From Rhizophagus irregularis (lineage: Eukaryota), in assembly GCF_026210795.1 (NCBI RefSeq), contig NC_089431.1, positions 3,286,001 through 3,350,000 on the forward strand: DNA of 64,000 bases, read 5' to 3'. The translations under genes and the position numbers were made by a program. Positions 26,810 to 39,378 of this stretch are shown here, in pieces; the stretch's first letter is position 1; each line of letters begins with the position of its first letter. The notes beneath the pieces are model-generated. The model did no database searches. It worked only from the letters and a program-made list of their open reading frames with translations, and was not told the origin of the DNA.

Positions 26810-28027
26810 ATGGGTAATGTTACAAACGAAAATATTATTAATTTAAATACTGCTATTACTTTTGAAGCTGAAACATTCCGAAGGATTCAACCCGAAGAGT
26901 ACTTACGTAGATACATTCAACAGCATGTTAGACCCGATGGTAGATCCTTCAATCATTTTCGCAAAACAACTGTAAATTTAAGTAAGTTTTTACCTTTATT
27001 TAGCTAAAATTCCACATTAAATAAATAAGTTGACGTGTTTCTTTTAGGTTGTATAACAACGGCTGATGGCTCTTCAATGGTACGAATAGGAAATACGACT
27101 GTAATTTGTGGTATTAAAGCTGAAGTATCAGAACCAAATGTAAATTTTCCTAAAGAAGGTTATTTAGGTAAAAATATTTTTCTCCGCAATTCTTATTCAT
27201 GCACTTTAAATTTTCTATTATTTATTCCTTTAATGTATTTTATAGTTCCAAATGTCGATCTATCGCCCATTTGTTCACCTAGGTTTAAGCCTGGACCTCC
27301 GAGTGAACAAGCACAGGTCTTGAGTGAAAATTTAAACAAATTATTAAAAAAGTATTGAGCTTAAATTATTTATAAGATTTATCCTTTTGACCATTTTTGC
27401 TGATTGTAATACTTTTTTTATAGTTCGAAAGTAATTGATTTAGAAACATTATGTATTGAAGAAGGGAAAGCCGCATGGGTTTTGTTTGCAGATCTTGTTT
27501 GTGTAAACTATGATGGGAATGTATTTGACGCGTGTGTAATTGCATTAATGTCTGCTTTAATGAATGGTAAGCGCATTAAACATATTTAAAGAAAAAAATT
27601 CAAATATTAACCTCATATAGTCTTGTAGTGAGACTTCCTGAAGCAGTCTATGAAGATGGTATAGTAAAGGCTACTGAGGAAAAGACAATTATTCTTGGCC
27701 TTATACGGATAACTTATTCAGCATCGTTTGCCATGTTTGATGGGTAAGTGAATTATATTTACCTTAAAAGTCATTTTAAAAAAACTTACATAAGAATTCC
27801 ACAGACAACATTTATTGGTTGATCCGAATGAAATGGAAGAATCAATCACTAAAGATGGAATTACAGTCGTAGTTGATGAAACCGGAAAATTATGTAATAT
27901 ATGGAAAACTGGATCTTCATGCTCATCAGAACAATTAAAAACATGTATATCAAAAGCTCGTGATAGATATGCAGATATAACTTCAATCATTGAAATAGCA
28001 AAACAAGCTATTAAGAAAATTGAATAA
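26810..28027 (+). CDS. RRP43: Exosome complex component Rrp43/EXOSC8
   Basis: [90 protein letters not shown]. Confidence 0.92.
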
Positions 28028-28029
28028 AA

Positions 28030-31000
28030 TTATTTATTTTGAACTTGGGAAATGAGAAATGCAAGTTCCAAAGCTACATCTTTAATTCTTTTTGACTGAT
28101 CATTTTCAGCTCCAAAATGGCCTCTTTCCTTATCAACTTTTAAAATTAACAAATTATCATTTTTATCTATTAGTTGTTTTATTCTCATTCTAGCTACCCA
28201 TTTTAATGGGTGCCAGTAACTAACTCTTTGATCTTTCATGGCTGCCGTAACCAATATTGAACATGTTTGTTGTGATTTTATAGATGAAATATTATCATAT
28301 GGCGCGTAACTAGCAAGATACTCATAGGTTTCTTTATTCTCAAGAGGATTTCCCCATTCGTTATACTCTATTCGAGTGAGTGGTAAATCAGAATTTAACA
28401 TACTTGATAGCGGGTCCAAAAAAGGAACTCTCAAAATGATTGCGCGAAATAGATCTAAGAAACCAAATAAAAATATACCAGCTTTATTCAAAGAAGTTTA
28501 GAATATTTAAAAAAAATTCCCCTACCTGGTCGCATATTAAAAGCAGCTCCTGCGAAACAAGAAAAAAATATTAACTTAGCAATATATAATATTAGCGTAG
28601 TTAAATCTTACCTAATAATAATCCTCCGGCACTAACACCTATTGACGCAACAAGAGATGGATTTGAATATCCAGTCCTAATAAGATAATCAATTACCGAA
28701 ATCAAATCGGTAATCGAATTTTTCTTGTTCATCAATCGTCCTTGGTCGTACCATGTGCTACCTAATTCTGAGCCTCCCCTAAATAAGAAAAATTTATAGA
28801 CAAAGATAATAATTAAAATATTCCAAATAGTTTTTACCTAACATGTGCAAGCGCAATTATCCAACCTCTTTCTAACAATGAAAAATGTTCAAGTTGAAAA
28901 TCAGGCTCAATGGAGACTCCATAGGTCCCGTATGATCGAATTAGTAATGGATTTCTACATAAAATAGAAATTGTCTTAATTTCATAACAATGAATCAACA
29001 ATTAAAAACAAATAGTACTTGTTATCCAGGGTCAAAGATTTTTTATGTAATAAAGTAATTGGTATTTTGGCACCATCCAACGCGTTTGCATAAGTACGAT
29101 AACAAGTGTATAAGGCGGGATCAAAATCTGATTAAATTAATAAATTACCAAATAGTTACTAAAACAGCGCGTAAGAGACATCAATACCTACTATTGATAG
29201 GATTAGATCTTACTGAACGTAGTCTCCTAGTTTCCATATTATATTCATATGTTGATGGGTGAGCGAATGGAGAGTCACAAGTAAATCTTACAATATCAGT
29301 ATCATAATCCTGAATCATAAGAGGCATTTATTTATTAATAAAATAATATAATTAACATAGTAAACTTGTAAACTCACAATGTTTGTTTCTGGAGACACCA
29401 CACAAAATTTTGTTGGTAATTCAATTTGATGCATATCTTGCGAAACGAAATTGTAGCAAAGAATTATAGGCAATCCTTCTCTTTTTGCAAATAATACGGC
29501 AAATTTCTGAAAAAAAATTATAGAAAGAAGTTGTTAATTTTTATTTTATTTTTTATTTTTATCTTTTTTTTTTTAAAAAAAAATATATAAATAATAAATA
29601 AAAAGAATTTACGCGGAATATATCAATATCTTCTATTTTTTCACTATCTTTAACAGTGAATATAGTTTCCCAGTTTTTTTTGTCACACTTTTCAAGACTC
29701 GCACGGACCAATTTGAAATTTCGTGCATTATCAGCATTCGTCAAAATGTACAGAAATTCCTTATTATACGTTAATAATATATATAAATAATTTATTTATT
29801 TATTTATAATATAACTTTTCTTTAATTTACACGTATATAATTCTACTTACATCATGATGATCAACGTAATATTCTAATCCTATTGAGCGTGGTTCAATAA
29901 GTTTTAGTTCGGGAAATCCTTTAGAAAAATCATGATACGCATCAAAAAGTCGTACTTCAGAAGTAGAAAAACCATTCGAGTTTAACGTAATAAAGGACTA
30001 TAAACCCATTAAGAATTTAGTAAATTGAAAATGAGACAAAATAAATAAAAGATGAACATAACCTTGTCCTTTGTAACTGTAATATCAACAAATGATGATT
30101 TATCCTTTTCTTCATATATAAGAATATCATCTTGTGGTGAACTTCCAATATGGTGCGCATAAACTTTGTAAGGTCTGAGTTGTTCATCTGTTATGGTATA
30201 GTAAATAATCTTACTATTACTTCCCCATACAAAATTAAATATTTTTTTTAATTTTTCATCATATATTATTGAATTTTCATTCAAATTTTTAAAATGTAAT
30301 ACACCAGTTTCTTCGCCCTCTTGTTCTAATAAGTAAGCAAGCTTTCTATGATCAGGTGATATTAATAACGATCGAATATGTTTATTTGTTTCTCTCAACC
30401 ATTTCGAGTCCAATAAAACCATTTCAGTTGAGGGAAATCCCTTTTTATTACGACAATATTTAAGTCCATGTTCAGTTAATATTGTATAATATTCATATTC
30501 GTCCGCATAAATTTTTATAGGTGCCATAGTTCCAGTTCCTTGAGTAATCAATTTTTTTTTCAATTCCTATACGTTAAAAGCGCGTATAATTCATCAATGT
30601 ATATTAAATTTATGATGTAATATGTAAGAATTCTTACGTAAGTTAAACGTTGTTGTAACAATTTGGTGCCTTTCATAACGGATTCAGTATATCTATTATA
30701 AATATAATTAAATAATTAAATAATTTATTTGTTGAAAATTATATTTACGGCATATTTAAGAAATTGCTCACTCATTTTCAGCTTTAATATATTTTAGGAC
30801 ATCCTGGAAATGATGAATTCGTGTATTAGAACTTGTTATCATATTTCGCGTCTTTATTAAAAAGTAATATCATTAGTTACGTGATTTTTGGGATTCTGCA
30901 TCCATTGAAATTCATCGCTGCGTTTAATTCCAAAATACATCGAATTGACTGGTATTTGTTTCGGAATTGGTGGTTTATAAACCTTTCTAAAAAGAAGCGA

Positions 31001-31118
31001 CGAAATTGTCAAGAAAATATTTTATCGGAACTAATATCACTTAAGTGCTATTACCTTTGTACCAAATTAATGAAGTTATTAATTGTAAAGGAATGAAAGC
31101 CGCGTAGCTTAATTTCAT
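28030..31118 (-). CDS. Peptidase S9A, oligopeptidase B/PREPL-like (start codon tentative)
   Basis: Beta-propeller exons, AHVRGGSELG..W, nucleophile GVSAGG, VPFLD..LPLT..EYNEWGNP, Asp in DQRV and His in GHFG. Confidence 0.88.
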
Positions 31119-31745
31119 TGTTCTACATAATTAAAGAGAATTTAATTAAAAAGTATTTATGCACTGTTTGAATTATATATCATTAATTGTGCACCTTCCT
31201 TCCATTGGTGTTAATTCCTGCATTGTTGTTAATAAAATTCCTAAACGTATTCACGTAAATGCGCATGGGTTCTATGATTTTTTTAAAAACGCGAAAAATG
31301 ATTTCCGTAATCAGATGATCAACATGTTGAATATAGAAAAAATGAATATATGGAACAGATGTTTTTAAGCTAAGCCACAAATCATTTGTATCATAGTATT
31401 ATGATCGATATCATCTAAGCGATCGATTGCATAACTGATAAAATGTTGAAATACTTTCCAGCCTTAATGATTTAACACAGCCACGTACAAGTCTCACACA
31501 TATATATACCTGTATTAATTAAAAATTCCTGTGTAGAGAGAGACATATATATATACACACATATATATATCTTAAAATATGTGCTTAAACGCGTCGATTT
31601 ATTTTTATTAATTTTATTGGTATTTCATTAGTTAAAAGTTTTGTATAATTTCCTGAAAAAGAAATTTTTAAATCTAACACTAGGTCTTTTATGGCATAGA
31701 ATAATCGTTTTTTCTTAGCTGAATATACTATCTGTTGATTTCGCC

Positions 31746-32821
31746 ATGAAAAAAAGTCGGTTTAATTCTATATTTACTAAACGTCCGACAAAATGTTGTT
31801 GTTGTATCCCATTCCGGCCGGGTACCATTATTCTATGCATTTTATTATTTGTACGCATATTCATATAAGAAAGTGCTCTGGTTTTTCTGAATAGCATATA
31901 TTGATGTCGATAATTTGTACGTGTTTTACAATAGATAAATGGAATTTGGAACGCTTCAATATTTCTTTCTGAAATTGCTGGTAAATATAATCATTTAATT
32001 AGTTCCCAAATACATAAGCATTAATTTTCATCATCTTACACAACTTAGCTTATTCGCAGCATACTGCAAGGGGAGTTCCGGTTTTGCTAGGACTGTTTTA
32101 TTTTCTTGTTGTCCCAATATCAATATTTGGAATATACGTAACAAGTAAAGTAAATAAGTTGATTTATTAATTCTCTACAGCACCTTTCTTATTCATTCTA
32201 AGTTTTCTTCCCTCCTCTCTTATTTAATAGAAAAATGAAAAATTAATAGAATGGTTTTCAACATTATTTTGGATATCATTATCGTTATTATTAGTTTTAC
32301 ATTTAATTGATTTAATTTTATTTTTTACATGGAAAAATGATGTAATTAGTGCATGTCAAAATGATTTAAGTTATTTTGTTCCTTCTAATTCTTCTACTGT
32401 TCAAGTTGCTTTTGATCCTAACGCTTTTACTAAAAAACAAGTTGACGATGCTTGTGTACAAGCTGTTAATTTATCTTTATCTTGGAACCTTTTTGATTTT
32501 ATCGTTTTTAAAGCGATTGTATATGTAAGTATTTTACTCTCGTTATTTTATGTTCATAATGCAAACGTCGGTTAATACATACTATTTTTTTTTTAAAAAA
32601 AAAATTAGTTTTATTTTGGTGCAGTAGTTAGTGCTTACAGCAAAAACCCTACACAAATACCAACTGATGTCAAAATAAATACAAATCCTGACAAAGAAAA
32701 AAATGATAAAATGGCTTCAGGAAAACAAGAACTTTCTTTAGATGAAGTAAAAGGTGATTCAATTAAACCAAATGATAGTATAAAGTTAGTAGGCACTTCT
32801 CGTACTGACTTTTCTATATAA
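31746..32821 (+). CDS. Four-TM membrane protein with N-terminal CCCC motif (LAPTM/tetraspan-like; exon structure tentative)
   Basis: MKKSRF..KCCCCIPFRPGTIILCILL; hydrophobic exons VPVLLGLFYFLVVPISIFGIY, WFSTLFWISLSLLLVLHLIDLILFF and LSWNLFDFIVFKAIVY-FYFGAVV; a Cys pair in the large loop; stop at 32819-32821. Missed by the ORF track. Confidence 0.7.
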
Positions 32822-33163
32822 ATTACAAAATTAATTTAATATTTGGAAATATAAAATGGTTTATATAAAATTTATAATTAAACTGGTTCAACAGGAGTAA
32901 ATTTAAAGGAGTAACAGAATCTTAGGGCTCGTTTATTTGTTTGTTTATTCAAATGTCATTAGAAATGCAGCAATTAATCTAGCCGAAAACTTTATAATAC
33001 AATATAAGAATAAAAAAATACATTTGGAAAAAAATACCTATGAAATCATATCTAGATAATGCAATAAAGATATAAGAAGATTTCCCGGATCCATTCTGAA
33101 TTTCCAAAAATTAATAGCTTTCCAACCAATGAAAAAGTTAAGTCATCCGTACAGAATTATTTA

Positions 33164-34438
33164 TCATCTTTCCTCAGTAATATTGCCTTCAAGATCGTAT
33201 ATGTGAATATTAAGTTTAGAACAATGATCTTTTTTTACACTATCGAAAAATCGTTTCTTTACTAACTTTTCACAACCCATTATATTGACATCCATTAATT
33301 GGTGCCACTTAATATCTTGAATATTATCTCCTGTAACAGATGGAAAGTATGATAAATGAATATAATTAAGATGTGGGGTGGTTCTTGCTACAACATCCAA
33401 GAAATGTCCATCATTCTCGAAATCCCTTCCTTCTAATGCCAACACTTTCAAATTTGGTGTATTTTCCACAAGATTACAGAATAACTTCTGATCTTCCTCT
33501 CTCAAAGGCATCCACAATTCTTCTAATTGTTCTCCACAATTATCTGCCAAATATTGAAGTGACTTTGTATAAATTTCTTCCCAGTTGTAGTCTGTAATAT
33601 GTGGTGGTTCAATTTGAAGGTTCTTGATATTTTTCCATGATGTTAATAATGTATAGAAATCTTCCGGTGTCTCTTTCCAATCACAACAATGAACTAATGC
33701 GCGATCTATTTTTTTACAATCGCGAAGTGCTCCAATAGTTTCTTGATTCGCGACATGCATCATTAAATCAACTTCTCGAACAGTCCCAGTAACCATTGAA
33801 ATAATATTGCTAACAGACGGTAAATTGAGTGTATCATCTTTATTGGGCCCACGTAACGCGGATGTATGAATTTTAACTCTCCGAACGGATCGACACGATT
33901 CTGATATATCTGAAAAAAAAGTATTCATTACAGGTGGAAGATCCTCGGAAATATGATCCGTGGTAACGGAGTTGAATCTGACTGCAAAAGTATGCATGTT
34001 AGGTACTGTTTTAGCAAATTTTACAATACCGTTCAATTTCTCACTTAGCGTAGACTCTGTTTCATTTTGTTTAGGATCATAATCATATTCTATATAGATC
34101 TGTCTGGTATATTTACCATAACCTTCTTGGATTATCCATTGAAATAGCTTTTCCCAGTCTCGTTCTGCGTCAAGTTGAAACAATACTTTTTGCCATATTC
34201 TCGGTACAGCTATTTGACGCCAGACTGAACACACCCTAGAAACTCTAAAAAGATCTGACTGTTCTTGTGAGAAATGATTGTCAATCGCATTGGGTATTTC
34301 CGACTCATATACTTGTTCGTCTATAATTCCTCCCCATAAATATTCAAATATTTCAGTAATGAGTTCAGGAGGTAACTTATGGTTTGGTCGTAAAGTTTGT
34401 TGTTTTGGCTTTTTTTTACGACTACTTGTTCGTGGCAT
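33164..34438 (-). CDS. F-box protein with LRR-like C-terminus (single exon, 424 aa)
   Basis: F-box motif KLPPELITEIFEYL..LFRVSRVCSVWRQIA, and LRR-like repeats (CGEQLEELWM, PNLKVLAL, PHLNYIHL). Confidence 0.85.
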   Translation of the reverse strand: MPRTSSRKKKPKQQTLRPNHKLPPELITEIFEYLWGGIIDEQVYESEIPNAIDNHFSQEQSDLFRVSRVCSVWRQIAVPRIWQKVLFQLDAERDWEKLFQWIIQEGYGKYTRQIYIEYDYDPKQNETESTLSEKLNGIVKFAKTVPNMHTFAVRFNSVTTDHISEDLPPVMNTFFSDISESCRSVRRVKIHTSALRGPNKDDTLNLPSVSNIISMVTGTVREVDLMMHVANQETIGALRDCKKIDRALVHCCDWKETPEDFYTLLTSWKNIKNLQIEPPHITDYNWEEIYTKSLQYLADNCGEQLEELWMPLREEDQKLFCNLVENTPNLKVLALEGRDFENDGHFLDVVARTTPHLNYIHLSYFPSVTGDNIQDIKWHQLMDVNIMGCEKLVKKRFFDSVKKDHCSKLNIHIYDLEGNITEER

Positions 34439-34607
34439 TTTGAAATAAATAATAAGAGGGAAACTTTAAATACAATAAAATAATAAACGGACACCAAAAT
34501 GTTGTTTACTGTAATAGTTAATCATGTGTAACCTCTTCGATCATCATAAATTGAAAACTTTTGACGTCATTAAATTTCATCTCTGATCATTATCATAGTT
34601 CGCAACA

Positions 34608-37060
34608 ATGTCTGTACAAGATGTCGAAATGGACACCGTTGACGAAGTTGTTGATGCGCAAAAAAAAGCGGCAGAAGCCGATGCTTTGGTTTTGGCTGGT
34701 ACACATTTTCATTCACATTTTTTACGAAAACATTTTGAAATTTGATTAGAACTAATACCGATTCACTTGAATTATAATAGATTTGAAACAAAACTTTGTC
34801 CTTCTTGAGCGTGCAGTAGCTACTTTTGAATCACGATTTATCACAAGAGTTTTAAGAACTGCCGCATCCATTCGAAAGCGGTTGAATGCAGAAATTTTGT
34901 CTCAAGCGATTCGAGATGTTTATCCAAGAGGTCAGACAATTCTAATAAACCAATTTGTATAGATCACGACGAATTTAGCTCTTAAATGAGCGTAACATTT
35001 CTCACGAAAGGTCATCATCAATATGATTCATGAGAATGTCACGAAATTATTCGTTTAATATAATTGTTTGCCTAACTGAAACCATTAACCTTTGAACTTT
35101 GAAATAGATGCTGTTGATAAAAGAAGACTTCTGAAATTCTTGGGAAAGGTAAACATGTTAATTATTCTTTCTTTCCTTCTTTCCTTTTAATTTGTTAAAG
35201 CTTTATTATCATGAAGGACTCAGGAGTTATGGATGTTGATTCGGATGACACGACAAAAGATAATCCACAAGTTTTACCCGAAATTGACCTTTATCTTCAT
35301 CTATTGGTGATGATATATTTGTTGGATAAACAGGACTATTATCAGGTTAGTAAAGTTAGTATACAAAATTAATTTGGATTTCTAATTTATAATTACTTCC
35401 TATAGGGTATTTTACTTTCCAATGAAACAATCCATAAAATTCAAAATTTGAATCGTCGTACATTGGATCAATTGTCGGCGCGTATATACTTTTATTATGC
35501 ACGTTTTTATGAACTCACTGAAAAATTGGCAGAAATTAGACCGTATGTTTAAAGAATGCAGTTTTTTCTTAATGTTCGTTCTGTTAAATTGATTTAATTA
35601 CTATTATTTAGTGTATTGTTAGCCGCCCAGCGAACAGCGACTTTGCGTCATGACAATGATTCTCAGGTAATTAATCTATTATGTATGAACTTAAAAAAAA
35701 ATCGGTTTACCTGATTTACAGAAAATTTGACATATACATTTCAGGCTACATTGCTCAACCTGTTGCTAAGAAATTACTTTTACTATAATCTTTATGACCA
35801 AGCTGATAAACTTGTCAGTAAAACGACTTTTCCCGACACTGCAGGAAATAATCAACAAGCTAGATACATGTATTATTTAGGTAAATAATATGTAGTAACT
35901 TTAGCGAAATGACTTTTTTATAAATACTAATATCATTTATTTCCAGGTCGTATTAAGGCAATACAACTTGATTATACGGCTTCACATATGCATTTGAACC
36001 AGGCTATTCGCAAAGCACCCCAGAATACAACTACAGCTGGTTTTCAACAAGCGGTAATTATTACTTCTCTGTTTGCTTTTTCCGTGAGAAATATTAAAAT
36101 AATTTTGCATATTTATAGGTCTATAAACTGTCCATTATTGTTCAGCTTCTCATGGGAGACATTCCCGAAAGATCCATATTTAGGCAACCGGTTTTAAAAA
36201 AGCCATTGGTTCCCTATTTGCATATCGTCCAAGGTAAATTTTATGTGATTTAAGAAAATTTAATTTAGCTGTAATTTTGATCATATGTACTCTTTCATAT
36301 GGTAGCCGTGCGTATTGGTGACTTGTCAACATTTCAAGAAACATTGGCCAAATATGGGGATGTTTTCCGCAAGGACAAAACTTTTACCTTGATACTAAGG
36401 TAACATATATACTCGTCTTGGTGTAAAATAGAGTTTTTTATTGTTAAAAATTAAATTTTATAAATTTTATTTTTTTTATTTAGACTTCGACATAACGTGA
36501 TTAAAACAGGTATTAGAATGATAAGTCTGTCCTACTCTCGTATATCTTTACGTGATATTTGTTTAAAATTACACCTTGATAGTGAAAAAGATGCCGAATA
36601 CATTGTTGCCAAAGTATGTTTCAGATATTTTATAATAAATAAAATACATGATATATTAACATATTATTACTTTTTTCAGGCTATTCGAGACGGTGTTATT
36701 GACGCTATCATAGATCATGAAAAAGGATTTATGAAATCAAAGGTAAATAATATTTCGCTATTTCTATATCAATAATTTTATAAGTATAATTATTTGATTT
36801 AAAAAAAAAATTTCTTTAAAAATATAATTTAGGAAAATGTTGACATTTATTCGACGAATGAACCTCAGAGTGCTTTTAATGCTCGTATTACATTTTGTTT
36901 AAATCTTCATAATGATTCGGTAAAAGCAATGAGATTTCCACTTAACGCACATCGTAAGGAGTTGGCTTCCGCTGAAGCACTTCGTGAAAGAGAAAGAGAA
37001 CTTGCAAAAGAAATTGCAGAAAATGATATGGATGATGACGACGAAGTTGCGGATTTTTGA
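34608..37060 (+). CDS. RPN3: 26S proteasome lid subunit Rpn3/PSMD3
   Basis: [113 protein letters not shown]. Confidence 0.96.
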
Positions 37061-37324
37061 GAATCCGATGGTTTTTTTTAATTATGTATAAATTTTGTCT
37101 TGATAAATTATGATGCATTTGCAAGATGCATAAACTTGCGACATAAAATAAACAAAATGTTAAAATATATTAATTATAACTATAAATATAATTAAAAATA
37201 AAGTTCTCCCAAATTTAGATGACCAATCTACTCGAATATGCGTAACTATGATTATATCTTAGCTAAGTTTATTAAAGAAAAAGTTTGCACTCAATTTTTT
37301 ATTACAAAAAGAGCCGTATTAGAA

Positions 37325-39208
37325 TTACTCTTCATCTACGAAAATTTTAATTTGTTTTGCATCAGCATCCATCATTTCTAAGAGTAATTCTGACCGGTCT
37401 TTAAGATCTCCCATATCTTTTTGTTTCAACCATTTTTTCAATTCTTTAAGTCTTTTACTAATTAAGTCATCAGCAACCACATCCATCTCTTCATCATCTA
37501 ATCCATGAACGATAACCACCTTTCCCTGTTTTTCTTGTCTTAATGTCTTTGCATTTACATAACTTTGTAATATTGAACTTAAAAAAAATATATGACGCCA
37601 TATTGCAACTGGTTCCGTTAAATTTCTGGTGTACGGTATACTGTATAAAAATATTTTTGTTATTTTCACTAAACTTAACGACGATAAAATTAGTTTTTTT
37701 TCTTTTTTTATATTACTAAGGTCGCTATCAAGAAGTGCTTTTTCAATAAGCTGATATTTAAAAGTATTAGACAATAAAGTCTAATAATTAAGTTCAAAGA
37801 ATTAGTTTATTTAGAATAATTACATTAAAGTTCAATTAGTTATACATACTTGTAGAAATGATATCATTCGAGACGGTTCGAGTAGATTTATTTGTAGATA
37901 CATTTCATTTTTCAATGAATCACGACAAATATGACCTGCATATGAAAGAATAATAATCTATAATAGAAACAAATTATTATAAATACATTAATACTTAAAT
38001 TTTCCGTTCTTAAATTAAATTTCAATATAAAAAATTTGGTACTTTTTTTTACCAATAACATAAGTAATTTTTTACCTGATCTAATAATCTTTGTGACAGA
38101 CGAATTGCTTCCATCGGTATTTCTTTGGAAAATACCGATGTTATTAGAGAATCAATAACAATTCTAAGGTTCGTACGTGATCTTGTAACTAGTCGTAATA
38201 GTATGGAAGAAAAAAACTTTCCTAATCAAACAAAGAATGAATATTCATTAGATAATCTACCTTCAAATGTCCAATAATACGATGTTAACGTAATCTCTCT
38301 TACTTTGTTTAATTCGCATATCAATCTCAAATACGTTTACGATTTGTTCAAGGAATAGTAAAATTCGGGTAGACTTTGAATTATTTTTTTTAAAAAAACT
38401 TATTAAATAAAATTTTAATTAAAATACGTATATATATATATATATATTATGCCTTACCTGGTCGTTGTCATCAATATTTTGCGTTAAAGAATTAAATTTA
38501 TCTTTGATAAACGCCCAAAAGCTATCATAACCTACTGGCCATACTTCTTCAGGATCTGAATGATTTTCGAAATTCCAAATATTTTCAAATGCAATTGATC
38601 CGGTTGTATATAACACATGTTGTAAAATTTTATAAGATTTAAAATTAATGTCTTTATCAACTTTTGGGTTAACAATGATCTCCATCATTTTTCTTATATG
38701 AAGTCTTCATAGAAAGAAATGTAATGTTATTATTGCATTCAAAAGACTTTGAAATATTGAAAATTTGCTTACTTTGGAGGATAAAATTGTTCATTTTGAA
38801 AAGAATCCAAAAGATCAAGCGCTGCGGTATCTTTTTGATAAACAAATCGTTTTTTCTAATCAGAATTTCTCTTTTAGTATTAATAAATTATAAAATAATA
38901 TTTACAGTGTTCTTCGTCGAGACAATTTTCGATCAATGATTGATAAGTATTTGGCATTATCTTTGAATTTGTGGAAAACGTTTTTATTGATTTATTCAAT
39001 TTTTCATATGACTCTACTATTTCAGGGTATACTTTCAACATTTCCTCTGCTTCTTTACGAACGCCTTCTGTTTCTTCAGTTTCACAGAGTAAGAAGTACA
39101 AATTACCCTCCTAAAAATATAAATGCAAGAATATAAGTATGAAAATATTTTTGATTTTATCTCTTTAAACCTCAATACCTCTTCTTTTCTATCGGAAATG
39201 TATGCCAT
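37325..39208 (-). CDS. Uncharacterised multi-exon protein (one splice junction near 38860-39030 unresolved)
   Basis: A chain of GT-AG-bounded open frames runs from MAYISDRKEE through KKRFVYQKDTAALDLL and LHIRKMMEIIVNP to ..QIKIFVDEE*. Confidence 0.6.
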
Positions 39209-39378
39209 TTTAAAGTAAAATTTTCTTCTGGTGAGAGACAAGAACGCGTTCAAAAGGTTTTTATACACCGGTGACCAGCTTCTGTGTTACCAGCTTTGTA
39301 AAAGATGCTGCGGTAGGTTGGTAGCTGGCCCGCGCTAGCATTTTTTCCGCGTTTAGACCAGTGTTAGACCATAACAAA

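Noticed and set aside
31159..31380. Overlapping short ORFs on both strands upstream of the S9 peptidase
   Set aside because: They have no recognisable motifs or splice structure and lie in a promoter gap.
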